A DNA stretch of 63,154 bases, counting the filler, from Chiloscyllium plagiosum (Eukaryota): the NCBI RefSeq assembly GCF_004010195.1. It is 3 parts of one record of this genome, joined end to end, with 100 filler letters (N's around TTAATTAATTAA, not from the genome) between each part and the next. Parts side by side here need not be neighbours in the genome. Positions count along the whole stretch, not along the records: positions 11,206 to 40,215 come from NC_057711.1; positions 40,316 to 63,154 come from NC_057711.1; 1 more part is not named here. The stretch is one strand, 5' to 3'. This document shows positions 38,860 through 50,236 of this stretch, one piece after another. The notes below the pieces were generated by a model. That model saw only the letters and a list, made by a program, of their open reading frames with translations, had not been told where the DNA came from and searched no databases. Every line of letters starts with the position of its first letter. Position 1 is the stretch's first letter. A program made the translations under genes and the position numbers.

Positions 38860-39965
38860 TCAGGCAGGTGCTACACAACCTGTACAGAGTGAAGCAGCAG
38901 ACAAAGACTCCCTGCAGGAGGCAAGAGAGAACAGCCACTTACTGAGCTTGCTGTCATTTTCTATAGCCCTCTGAAACCAAGATTAATGGTGTCCTGGACC
39001 ATCATCTCCTCAGCTGCTGGAACAGGACTTACACTTAGGACAAATAAGTGACCATCCATTCTGGTGCCTGTCAAGGTTGCATCTGTCATGGATTCTTTAT
39101 TTTTTTGTTTTTTAGTGCCCTTCATCATCCTTTGTTTATTTAAAAAAAAAAAAATTTTTAACCCCCACACTACTGCTTAACTGCGGTAGTGCTTATTTTT
39201 CCCCAGCACCCATGGTGTGTGTGCGCGCAGGTGTGAGACACAGTGAAAGACACAAGGTGCATGAATCTTTATTCAATTTCCACCACCAGGCAGATAGGAA
39301 AACACCCGAGTGGCCAGTGACAAGCATTGCCCTTCATCATCCTTTGTTTATTTTTAAAAAATTTTTAAATTTTTTTTTCCCACACTACCGCCTAACTCCG
39401 GTAGTGCTTATTTTTTTCCCCAGCACCCATGGTGTGTGTGTGTGTGCAGGTGTGATACACAGTGAAAGACACAAGGTGCACAAATCTTTATCATGGATTC
39501 TTATGTGAGCAGCTTATTTCAAGAAGCCAATCTCCCAATCCTTGGTCAGGAAATGTGTCTGGGATGTCATTGATACCATTTTCTTCAGGTTACATCAGTT
39601 TATATCTTGCCTTATGACTAGAAGCCAAACAACTTGGGCACTTGGATTTTCCATCATTTCTGGCTTACCCCCGGTTTAAAGGGCTACAGACTGCCCGCAT
39701 CTCATTTTGAGAGAGACCTATCATTGAGAGGGCCCTACAGATTTAGTGAACTGGAAAGGTTTCCATATCATCAATGTTCATTTTATCTGTCACTGTCAAT
39801 GCCAGATTTTGGAAGTGTGTGCTTGGTATCTGAGGACCTGCCATAATATGTACATATCGGAGAACTCATTAGTTTGTTCCTCCTTCTGAGGTCATTGGCC
39901 CATACAAAGGTGACTATTGGGAGAGAAGGACTATCCCGTCAAAACATGGCTGATGACACCTTCAT
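38860..39965 (+). pseudogene. PIF/Harbinger DDE transposase relic
   Basis: Manual translation: SGLPPV*RATDCPHL (~39660-39705), VNWKGFHIINVH..ILEVCAWYLRTCHN (~39745-39850), LLGEKDYPVKTWLMTP (~39914-39961); these match Harbinger GAIDCTH / NRKG..S.NVQ / LLGD.GYPL..WLMTP. Confidence 0.75.
39098..39490 (-). mobile_element. Second concatemer of the short A-tailed retroposon seen at 2517-3187
   Basis: Reverse complement of same unit, ~1.7 copies; TCATGGATTCTT duplicated at ~39086-39097 and 39491-39502. Confidence 0.8.
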
Positions 39966-39967
39966 AG

Positions 39968-40502
39968 CATAAAAATGTGTTGCTGGAAAAGCGCAGCAGG
40001 TCAGGCAGCATCAAAGGAACAGGAGAATCAACCCTTGTCTCAGCCTGCTCCTGCCTCACCGAACTCATTTCTGCATACCTTGACAGGTCCTGTCCCCCTT
40101 CGTCCAAGAACTCCCCACCTACGTTCGGGATACCACCCACGCCCTCCACCTCCTCCATGATTTTCGATTCCCCAGCCCCCAACGCCTTATCTTCACCACG
40201 GACATCCAGTCCCTANNNNNNNNNNNNNNNNNNNNNNNNNNNNNNNNNNNNNNNNNNNNTTAATTAATTAANNNNNNNNNNNNNNNNNNNNNNNNNNNNN
40301 NNNNNNNNNNNNNNNAGCGGGGTGCTTTGAGTCCTTCGTGATGGGGGATGGAGGTGTACAGGGACTGGGTGTCCATGGTGAAGATGAGGCGTTGGGGACC
40401 GGGGAAGCGGAAATCCTGGAGGAGGTGGAGGGCGTGGGTGGTGTCACGGACGTAGGTGGGGAGTTCTTGCACTAATGGGGACAGGACCGTGTCGAGGTAG
40501 GA
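39968..40502. mobile_element. Penelope-like fragments (inverted pLTR, RT pieces in opposite orientations around a gap)
   Basis: pLTR piece 39970-40030; ORF 40260-40472 LPTYVRDTTH..FTMDTQSLYTSIPH. Confidence 0.8.
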
Positions 40503-42420
40503 GGAAGCTCTTACAAAGATGTCACACAGGAAACTGCTAAATAAGATAAGGGCTCATGGTGTTAGGGGCAGGGTCGTAGCAAAGCCAGAGGATTGGCTGA
40601 CTGGCAGAAGGCAGAGAGTAGGAATAAAGACGTCATTTTCAGGATAGTAGCTGGCGATAAGTGGAGTTCTGCAGGCATTACTGTTGGAACCACAACAATT
40701 CACATTGTACATTAATGATCTGGACAAAGGAACGAAGGTCACTGTTGCTAAGTTTGCAGATAATACAAAGATACTGTTGAGGAAGTGGTGAGGCTGCCAA
40801 AGGACTTGGACAGGCTAGGAAAGTGGTCAACAAAATGGCAGACTGAATACAATGTGGGAAACTGTGAGGTTGTGCATGATGGTAGGAAGAATAGAAGTAG
40901 GGAAAGGTTTCCGAAATCTGAAGCATGAAATGAATTGTGAGTCCTGGTTCAGGGTTCTCTTAAGGTTAACAAGCAGGATCAGTTGGCAGTTGGGAAGGCA
41001 AATGCATTTCAAAAGGGTGAAAATACAAGGGCAGAGACGTACAGGGGAACCTCGATTATGTGAATACCAATTATCCGAAAATCAGATTATCCAAAGGAGA
41101 TCTTGAGATCCCGTGTTTTCCAGCAGTGATCGCATCTTTTGTTTACAGTGATTAAACAGGCACCGTCTCCGAATAACTGACCTCCCACCCTCTCTCTTCC
41201 CACACGTTTCCTGGAGTTCTACAGAGAGGTGTACCCTAACCCCACACCACCCCCCCCTCAACCTCCCCCCACCCCCCAGGAATAATCTCTCCAACTTTGT
41301 CCAGTACAGGGTAAACGTGGAACCTGTCAAAAATGTGCAGCTGTGGCTGTATCTGTGCGCTACTTGGAGACTTACCCCACAAAGGCAGCTGCAGCAGCAG
41401 GAGCAGCAGGCTTGTTGTTGGTGTCCAGTCCAGCTGCCCCGGAGAGGGGCTGGGGGTGGACGGGGGTCTCGTGCAATTTGTGCTGGGGTTGGACCTGATT
41501 GGGGGACAATGTTGAACCGGGTTGGGGCGGGGGGGAAACGGTTTCGACAGGTTCAGGAGGCAGAGACAGATCTGGAGCGGGTTTGGAGTGGGGGTGGATT
41601 GGGACCGGGTTAGGGAACAGGGGGTGGGGTTGGACCGGGCTGTGGGCAGCGGGCGGCAGTGTTGGGGGCAGGTGTCGCGCAATGTGTGTTGCTGCAGTCT
41701 CCTGAACCGGGAGAAGACTTTAAGACTCCAAGCCCTGGATGAAAGGCATCTAATCAATTTTCTGAATAATCGATTATCCAAAAGAAATAATGCTCACCCA
41801 TCTCATTCGGATAATCGATTTTGTACTGTATTGCTGAGGCTGTATAAAGCCCTGGTCAGACCATATTTCGAATATTGTGAGCAGTTTTGGGCCCTGGATC
41901 TAAGGAAGGATTTACTGGCTTTGAGGGGGTCCAGAGGAGGTTTTCATGAATGATCCCTGAGATGAAGGGCTTGTTGTATGAGGAGTAGTTGAGGACACCT
42001 GGTCTGTAGTTGATGGAGATTAAAGGGATGAGGGGGGATCTGATTGAAACTGACAGAATCCTGAGAGGCCTGGGTAAAAATGACATGGAGGAGATGTTTC
42101 CAATAGTAGGAGAGACTAGGACTCAAGGGTACAGCCTCAGAGTGGAGGGACAATCCTTTAAAACTGAAATGAGGAGAAATTTCTTCAGCTAAAGGGTGGT
42201 TAATCTGTGGAACACATTGCTTTAGAGGGCTGTGGAGGCCAAGTCATTGAGTGTATTTAAGACAGAGATAGACAGGTTCTTGATTGAAAAGGGGATCAAG
42301 GATTACAGGGAAAAGATTGAAGAATGGTGTAGAGAAACATATCTGCCATGATTGAATGGTTGGTGGAGCAGATTCGCTGGGCTGAATAACCTAATTCTGC
42401 TCCAATATCTTATGGTCTAT
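40503..42420 (+). mobile_element. Decayed CR1 RT, split by a MITE
   Basis: KFADNTK ~40750; RDV|LLRLYKALVRPYFEYC joined across the MITE; 3' tail ~42400. Confidence 0.88.
41042..41828. mobile_element. Tc1/mariner-pogo-type non-autonomous DNA transposon
   Basis: TA duplication 41040-41041/41829-41830; imperfect TIRs CAGGGGAACCTCGATTAT / ATAATCGATTTTGTACTG; removal restores the CR1 sequence. Confidence 0.8.
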
Positions 42421-43340
42421 GGGTACCAGGCTGCAAGTCAGGAACTGACATTCAAAGTTTGCTGCTTGCCTGCCACTTTGAGGAGATGGTTGAGAAATGG
42501 ATGTTGGCATCTCCGTTCGTAATCCAGTGCACACAAATCACATTATGGTTTTGGAAAATGTAAACGGTTTATTATAAAGAAAATCTAGGAACAAAAACAC
42601 TGGATTGGACACCTGACAATGAAGGGGCCAGATTGTTGTAAAAATGTAACTGGTTTATTAACATGATGTTAGAGCAGGAAACCATCATTCTTACCCAGTC
42701 TGCCTATATGTGGCTGGTAAATATCGTCTGAAGTGACCTGCAAAGCTTGTTAGTTGTGTCAAACCTCAATCTGTGATTTAAAGAGCCCAGCACCAATAAA
42801 CAGTAGCCTGAGGCTGAATGAGGAGAAATAGCTTTGCTTTGATGTACAGCAATGTTCTCAGCAATAGAAATTCTATCAATGAGAACCATTTGTCTTTGGT
42901 TAATACAAACAATAAAAATTAAGCAATTGCGCTAAACAAAAATCCATCAGATCTAGCAGAGAAACAATTGGTCTTCAGGCTACATGTCATGGCTTTCTAC
43001 TTAACTGAAGAATAACACCAAATTAACTATGACTTTAGGTAACAAATGCCACTTTAGTTAACAAATGCTTAGTCAGCTCAAGCCTCATGATGACACTTTT
43101 GGAAGAACAGTTTAGTGCTGAGTTTCTGCTACACCAAAGCAGGACACATCTAGTTTTTAAATTGAACATGATTCTCTTCACATCAAGCACAATATTTTGA
43201 CACTTATCATTTGTGTTTAAATATCAGGCAAAGGCTTGGGTTCACAAAGCTATTATTAACACAGGAAGTATGCACATTAACATGAATAAGTTTAAAGTAA
43301 GTCAAAAGAAAACTCAATTTAACTGAAGAAACAGTTTCTT

Positions 43341-43730
43341 GATTAGATTAGATTAGACTCCCTATAGTGTAGTAACAGGCCCTTCGGCCCAACCAGTCCA
43401 CACTGACCCTCCGAAGAGTAACCCACCCAGACCCATTTCCCTCTGATTAATGCACCTAACACTAGGGGCAGTTTAGCATGGCTAATTCACCCTGACCTGC
43501 ACATCTTTGGATTGTGAGAGGAAACCGGAGCACCCAGAGGAAACCCACACAGACACGGGGAGAATGTGCACCCCTCAGCCTCAGACACTCCAGGGAAAAC
43601 AGCCCCGGCCTATTCAGCCTCTCCCTATAGCTCAAACCCTCCAACTCTGGCAACATCCTCAAAAATCTTTTCTGAATGTTTTCAAGTTCAAGAACATCTT
43701 TTCTACAGAAGGGAGACCAGAACTGAACAG
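43341..43730 (-). mobile_element. HE1-type SINE 3' part fused to a CR1 fragment
   Basis: SINE 43341-43570 abuts CR1 VQFWSP..RMLPELEGLSY 43571-43730. Confidence 0.8.
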
Positions 43731-46702
43731 GAAATTTGAATCTTACATGCAAGTGAATCATTAATTGTTGACTTTCATGCACAAGCTCAAATGGATTGAT
43801 GGTGGAAACATCTGGGGCAAGAGGACAAAACTTTAAAATCAGATCCAAATCATCTCGGCGCAATGAATAGTTCCACATGCAAGAAGTGGTAGAAATGTAG
43901 ATGGCTCTCCTTAAAAAGTGCAGATGTTAGCTGAATTAATATTATCTTTGAGATTGATAACATTTTCCCAGACAAGCATATTAAAAGGCAGAGAGGTTCC
44001 AAAAGTATAATTAATACTGTTATGAAAGAATCTAGAGGCATTTTAGTTGAGTAGTTGAACCTTCACTAAAATCCTCAGATCATAAAGTTAACCATATCAG
44101 AAATGTGAGCTTCTTTCAACAAATAAATCATTTGTTTCCAAAACCAAACACAAACTGCACCAACAATCTATTACCCAAGGCAATATTCAATTCTTTGTAC
44201 AGTATTATGGTCGAGCATAATCAAAAAAATACACCAAAAGTTTTAATGGGTTTTAGAAAATCATTAAAATGTATTTTTTGCCTAACAGATACACTTGATT
44301 TTGGTATAACTCCAAAACTTAGTAACTACAAAATTTTACAAAGCCTTGCTACAGTTATTGATTTATTAAAAGAATAGCATAGATTAATTTTGACATTTGT
44401 GTTGATGGAATTTCTAATTTTACCACTGAGCCATCAAACAAAAGAATATAATCAAATGATTTCACTTGCACCCTGACCCCATTTCCCAAACCAGCACATG
44501 GTACAGCAGTGACAACTGCAGAAGGCTCTCGATCACATCTGTCACACCAGATGAATTGCAAATATGGTGGGTGCAGTTGGCACCACTTGTGCTTGGAATC
44601 AAATTAGGACTTCTGGCTATAACAAGTACAAAGTGAGAAAAGAAGATGGTGCTGTTTCTAAAAGGCATACCATGCCATATCTTTGTAACTTGCAGTGCTT
44701 CTTTCAATCCTGTTATTTCACAGCCACCAGCTCACAATAGTAACGGTATTTATGTCCATAAAGAAGCATTGGAAAGAAGACAGACCTGCTTTCTCTGGTA
44801 TTTCAAATGAACTCAGGACATCCCAATTGCGTATTCTTGAACTGGATGGACCATTTCAAACCAGAAAATGCTGCAAAGTGTGCACCTAACACTCTAAAAT
44901 AGCAACAAAATAAGTAACCAAATAATGTGTTTTTGGTGTTAATTGAGGGATAAATATTAGCCAGGATACCAGAATAAACGTTTACCATATGCTGTGGTAT
45001 ATTTTACAACCACCTAAAATAGGGATGGAAACAGGATACAGACAGGACCTTAGTTTAACCTGTTACCACTCCTGCAATAGGGGACTGAAATGCCAATTTA
45101 GGTTGTTCAGGTCTTTGATCTAAGTTTGTACCAACAATCACCTCAGAGACAAGACTGTTAACAACTATGTCATTGGGTCAGAACTGTCATTATCAAAAAC
45201 AAATTTCATGAATTTGTCCTGAAAATGTAAAAACAAAAAGACTGGTTTGAAATATATTCAAGGAACAAGTGGAATATAATTTAATTCACATTGTGTTGTA
45301 AGTAAGTTGGTCTGCCTACTTAAAGATGCCAAGTATGGACAAGTATATGTTCAGATACTTAATGGTGGAAAATTGCAACAGAGATTATTTTAACCATTTC
45401 AGAAATTAAATGCAGGTTTATGTATCTTTTAATACCACCCTCACCTCCATATGTATCTCAGTTTCAAACCAAATGACTTGACAAGCAGAAAAATAAAGCA
45501 AGGAATGGGGAGATTGAAGTGAAGTTCCCATGAAAAGACTGAGAGGTTCCTATTATTTTAGCTTTTAGAATGGCTGCGAGTAGGGTCAGACCAGGTACTT
45601 GGTGAAGCCCTGACCTCGGAGCAGTTGTAAGAGTTGATAGAGAATAATTGGAGATAAATTGGGAATTGACATAATAGATTACATTCAGAACACTATGATG
45701 ACAATAAACTGAAGACCTTTCATTAATAACTCTTCTACATGTTTTTCTTGGAGCACAGTGATTTGGGGAGAGATTTGACAGTGGTTCAGGGTTTAAATCC
45801 AGTAAATAAAGAGAAATTGGTTTCAATGGCTAAAAGGTTGATAATCAGAGGATTCAGAGTTAAGATGATTGGGAAGACAGCAAAGGCAAAATACAGAAAA
45901 TCTGTTACATGCCAGCAAGAGAGAAAACAGGGACAATATGTATCTGTTAGCCCCATACCACTAGGAGGGTATTAGAATCTAATATAAAGGATGTGATAAA
46001 TGGACACTTTAAAAATGTTTTGCTCATTATTAACATGGACGTGCTAAAGGGAAATCCTGTTCAATGAACTTGTTGAAGTTTTCTGACAACATTACTGAAA
46101 AACTTAGTAAATAGAGTTGATGGAGATAGAATACTTGGATTTCCAGAAGGTAATAGGAGGTATTATACTGCCGTGGAATAAGGACTGGCTAACCCGAAGA
46201 AAACAGCAAGTGGGAAAAAATGGATCATTTTCTCCATGACTGGCTGTGACTATTGGGGGACTGCAAAATCACTACATTGCCCCAGCTGTTCACAGTATTA
46301 ATCAACGATGTGGAGACCCAATGTAATATTTCCGAATTTGCAACCAGATGAAACTAAGTGAGAATGTATGTTGTGAGAAAGATGTAAAGCTATTTCAGGA
46401 GCATTGAACAGGCTTATTGACTGGATAAGACATGGCAGACGGATTGTAGTATGGAAAAATGCAAAGTTATTCACTTTGGAAAGAGAAAAAAATGCACAGA
46501 TCATCTCTTAGATGGTAAGAGGTTGGAAAATGTATGTGTCTTTGTCGAGAGGTCACTGAAGGCTAACATGTATATGCAGTAAGCGACCAAAGAGTAATGG
46601 AACATTTTCATTCATTGCAAGAGTACTCAAATACTAACCAGAAGCTTGGTTAGATTGTACCTGGAGTACTGTGTGCAGTTTCGATAACTCTATCTCAGGA
46701 AG

Positions 46703-48128
46703 TCAGAAATCACGTGACACCAGGTTATAGTCTAACAGGTTTATTTGAAATCATTAGTTTTCGAAATGCTTTCAGGAGAAGTGGATGGAAATGCAGAAGT
46801 ACAGAATTTGTAAGTAGAGAGATCATTGCAAGGCAATTCCGGGTAATTAAGTGTGTCAAAAGGTAGTACAAATGGAATGAGTGGAGTGTTGACTGGCTGA
46901 ATAACAAGTCTTTGCAGGTGATCAGAAGTGTCAAACAATGTGAGTAAAGTGTCAGTAGCTGAATAACAAGGGATGACCCGTGATCCAATTAATTGAGGCA
47001 GAGAAATAATTACAAAAAATCAAAAATAAGATGGCACTACAGACAAATCAAATGGAAAAATGTGGTTGGTGTAAGAGTCACATGACAAAGGTCATCCTGA
47101 ACTAACAAGTCATCTAAAACTGTACAAATTAATTCAGCCCACCACACTGTTCTGTTTGTAAAATCTTCTTTACTGTTGTTTTAACACCATTCACCTTGAT
47201 AAATTACAATCTCTCTACTTTAATTAGTTTGTACAGTTTCACAATAGCTGTGCGCTTTCCTCACTGCCTTATGAAGGAGCAGCACTCTGAAAGCTTATGA
47301 TGTCAAATGAACCTGTTGGAAAGGCAAGGACTGATTAGGGATAGTCAACATGGCTTTGTGCTTGGGAAATCATGTCTCACTAACTTGATAGAGTTTTTTG
47401 AAGAAGTAACAAAGGGAATTGATGAGGGCAGCATGGTGGTCATAATCTATACACACTTCCTCATGGTAGACTGCTTAGCGAGCTTTGTGTGCAATTCTGG
47501 TCTCCCTCCTACGGGAAGGATGTTGTGAGAGTTGAAAGTGTTCAGAAAAGATTTACAAGGATGTTGCCAGGGTTGGAGGATTTGAGCTAAAAGATTTACA
47601 AGGATGTTGCCAGGGTTGGAGGATTTGAGCTATTGGGAGAGGCTGAATAGGCTGCAGCTGTTTTCCCTGGAGCATCGGAGGCTGAGGAGTGACCTTATAG
47701 AGGTTTATAAAATCATGAGGAACATGGATAGGGTATAAAGACAAAGTATTTTCCCTGGGGTGGGGAAGTCCAAAACTAGAGGGCATTGGTTTAGGGTGAG
47801 AGGGGAAAAATATAACAGGGATCTATGGGACAACATTTTCACGCAGAGGGTGGTGCGTGTATGGAATGGGCTGCCAGAGGAAGTGGTGGAGGCTGATACA
47901 ATTACAACATTTAAAAGGCATCAGGATGGTTATATGAAAAGGAAGGGTTTAGAGGGATATGGGCCAAGTGCTGGCAAATGAGACTAGATTAATTTAGGAC
48001 ATCTGGTTGGCATGGACAGGTTGGACTGAAGAGTCTGTTTCCGTGCAGTACAACTCTATGGCTGTAATCTGGTGTCATGTGATTACTGACTCTGCCCACC
48101 ACAGTCCAACACCAGCACCTTCACATCA
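46703..48128. mobile_element. Penelope-like insertion with inverted termini
   Basis: 12-bp TSD TATCTCAGGAAG 46691-46702 and 48129-48140; left end is the reverse complement of 47290-47320 plus 48062-48090; decayed hammerhead ~47268-47296. Confidence 0.7.
47321..48060 (+). mobile_element. Younger CR1 fragment with internal deletion and ~43-bp tandem duplication
   Basis: QHGFVLGKSCLTNLIEFF; AAAAGATTTACAAGGATGTTGCCAGGGTTGGAGGATTTGAGCT twice at ~47547-47632. Confidence 0.9.
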
Positions 48129-49415
48129 TATCTCAGGAAGGGTATTATTGCCAATGAGGAAATGCAATGAAAGTTCACCACACTGGTTCCTGGGATGGCA
48201 GGACTGGCCTTTGAGGAGCGATTGGACAAGCTGGGTCTGTAGTCTCTAGAGCTTTGAAGAATGAGAAGTGATTTCATTGAAACACTATAATTAAAAGGAT
48301 AGACAAGGTAGGTTCAAATAAAATGCTTTCCCTGGCTTGGGAGATTAGAACCAGGGAACACAATTTAAAAATAAGTGGGATACCATTTCGGACTGAGACA
48401 AGAACTTTTTTAAACCCAGAATTGTGAGCCTTTATAATTATCTATCCAAGAGAGCTGCAGAAGCTCACTCTTTGAGTATTTTCCAAGTAGAGATTAATGG
48501 ATTTCTGACTTCCAATAGGAATAATTTGGGTAAAGGGTTTCGAGATGCGCAATAAGCCATTTTGTATTAAACAGCAAGCAGGCCTGACGGGCTGAATAGC
48601 CTATTCCTGTTCCCATGCATCAAGTGGCTCAGGTTTGGAACACACTGCCTGCACAATGGTGGATACTGAATCAATAGGAGCCATCAAAAGAAAAGTAGAT
48701 AAATATTTGAAAGAGAAAAATTGCTGGGATTATTTGGAAAAGCAGGGAAGGGTGAATTGGGCTGTTCTTCAAAAGAGCCAGTTCACGTTCAAGGAGCCAA
48801 ATGGCCTCCAGCTGTGCGATAAATGGAATGACTGTGTTGTATCATTATAGAATCCACTTTGAGAGCAGGTTACCATGGAAACCCAGACCCTTAAAAAATT
48901 GTCTATGGCAATAATTTAACGCTTCCTTGATCCTTAAAGAGAGAACACCAGCAAGAGACCTCTGAGTATGCAAGGAAGCACCTGTAGCCAGACATCTACA
49001 TTGTATGTGTCATCCTCTGTACAACAGAATAGCTACACATACATTGACATGGACACTGATTACAGGATGGCCTCCACCATCCCATGTCTCAGTGAAGGAA
49101 GCAGCAGAGATCACCAGCAAACACTCTCCTAACAGAAATGTCAGGACTATTGGCCTGCCGATTTGCAGAACCCAAGAGCTGAATATTTGTCATTGCATTT
49201 CTTAGTTTCAATTTAATACAGTTAACATTAATAAGATGCCAACCTGCTGCTGGTGCTTAAAAGCTACAAATCCCACATCAAGTTTTGCTTTGGTGTCATA
49301 ATTAGCATTAAAAAAAAGGAAGATTTTATTGGGAAAACTATGGCTTGATATGTCCTACAAATCCCCAAGTTGTGCGTGAAAACACATTTAACAAAAGAAG
49401 AAATTTAACTGGACA

Positions 49416-49634
49416 CAGGCAGTTCTGCTTTAACGCATCTTTCGTTAACACAAATTGGCTGTAACACGAATGGCTGAATAGGGAACATTTTTTCAAAAAT
49501 ATGAACTTTTAAAGTAGGTGTTGGCTATAATGCGATTACGTCACCAATATTTTGAAAATATTTGTATCACAAGATTTTCGTAAAGCACAGGGTTGCACAG
49601 TAATGCAATTATCATGTAATCACAGAACTACCTG
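49416..49634 (+). mobile_element. Tigger/pogo-like MITE
   Basis: TIRs CAGGCAGTTCTG / CAGAACTACCTG followed by TA. Confidence 0.7.
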
Positions 49635-49664
49635 TATTCTACAAAGGCAATTGTCTGTACTTAC

Positions 49665-49834
49665 CCAAACATCTGCATGACAAAGCCTGGGCTGCAAAAT
49701 CCACATTGACTTCCATTGTAATCAGCCAGTCGCTGTTGTATGGGGTGTAAACCCTTCTTCATAGACCCCAGTGCCTCTATTGTTACAACCTGATGGTTCT
49801 TCAATGAAAGGAGGGAGCCAATTGGAAACAAACA
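49665..49834 (-). CDS. Internal exon of xanthine dehydrogenase/aldehyde oxidase family molybdo-flavoenzyme (2Fe-2S domain)
   Basis: Acceptor TTTTGATTTTTTTTCAG, donor GG|GTAAGT, 170 nt (phase 0 to 2); CLFPIGSLLSLKNHQVVTIEALGSMKKGLHPIQQRLADYNGSQCGFCSPGFVMQMF(G). Confidence 0.92.
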
Positions 49835-50236
49835 CTGAAAAAAAATCAAAACATATGGTACAATACTACCTTCAGATATGACAAGATATAATATTTATTT
49901 TATATATTCAATAAGATGAGGAAATTAAAATCAAGTCTGAAAGCCATCAAAGCATTGTGTATGTCTATCCAATAAAGTTATTTGATGATTTGAGAGTTTC
50001 TGAGTTGGTGCATTAGCATTAAGGCAATTTTAACTTCAGCAACAGATGCTCACTATAATGAAAATGGAACATACTGGAAATATTCGGGATATAACCCCAG
50101 CTGATGGCGATATTGGACAACTCAGACCTGAGTAAATCCTGGCTTGATAGACCTTAAGTTCTCCTTTTGCCGTTTGATATCATGTTGGTCAGTCACTGAA
50201 CATTTTCACATGAGACCATCAATGTTCTTTCCACAG

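Larger units (their letters stand above)
45960..48615 (+). mobile_element. Old CR1 RT remnant hosting nested insertions
   Basis: YLDFQK ~46130, LEYCVQF ~46660; continues at 48141 to CR1 tail. Confidence 0.7.

Noticed and set aside
44355..44561. FDG-containing ORF as candidate next XDH exon
   Set aside because: Lacks GN.CRCTG and flanking similarity
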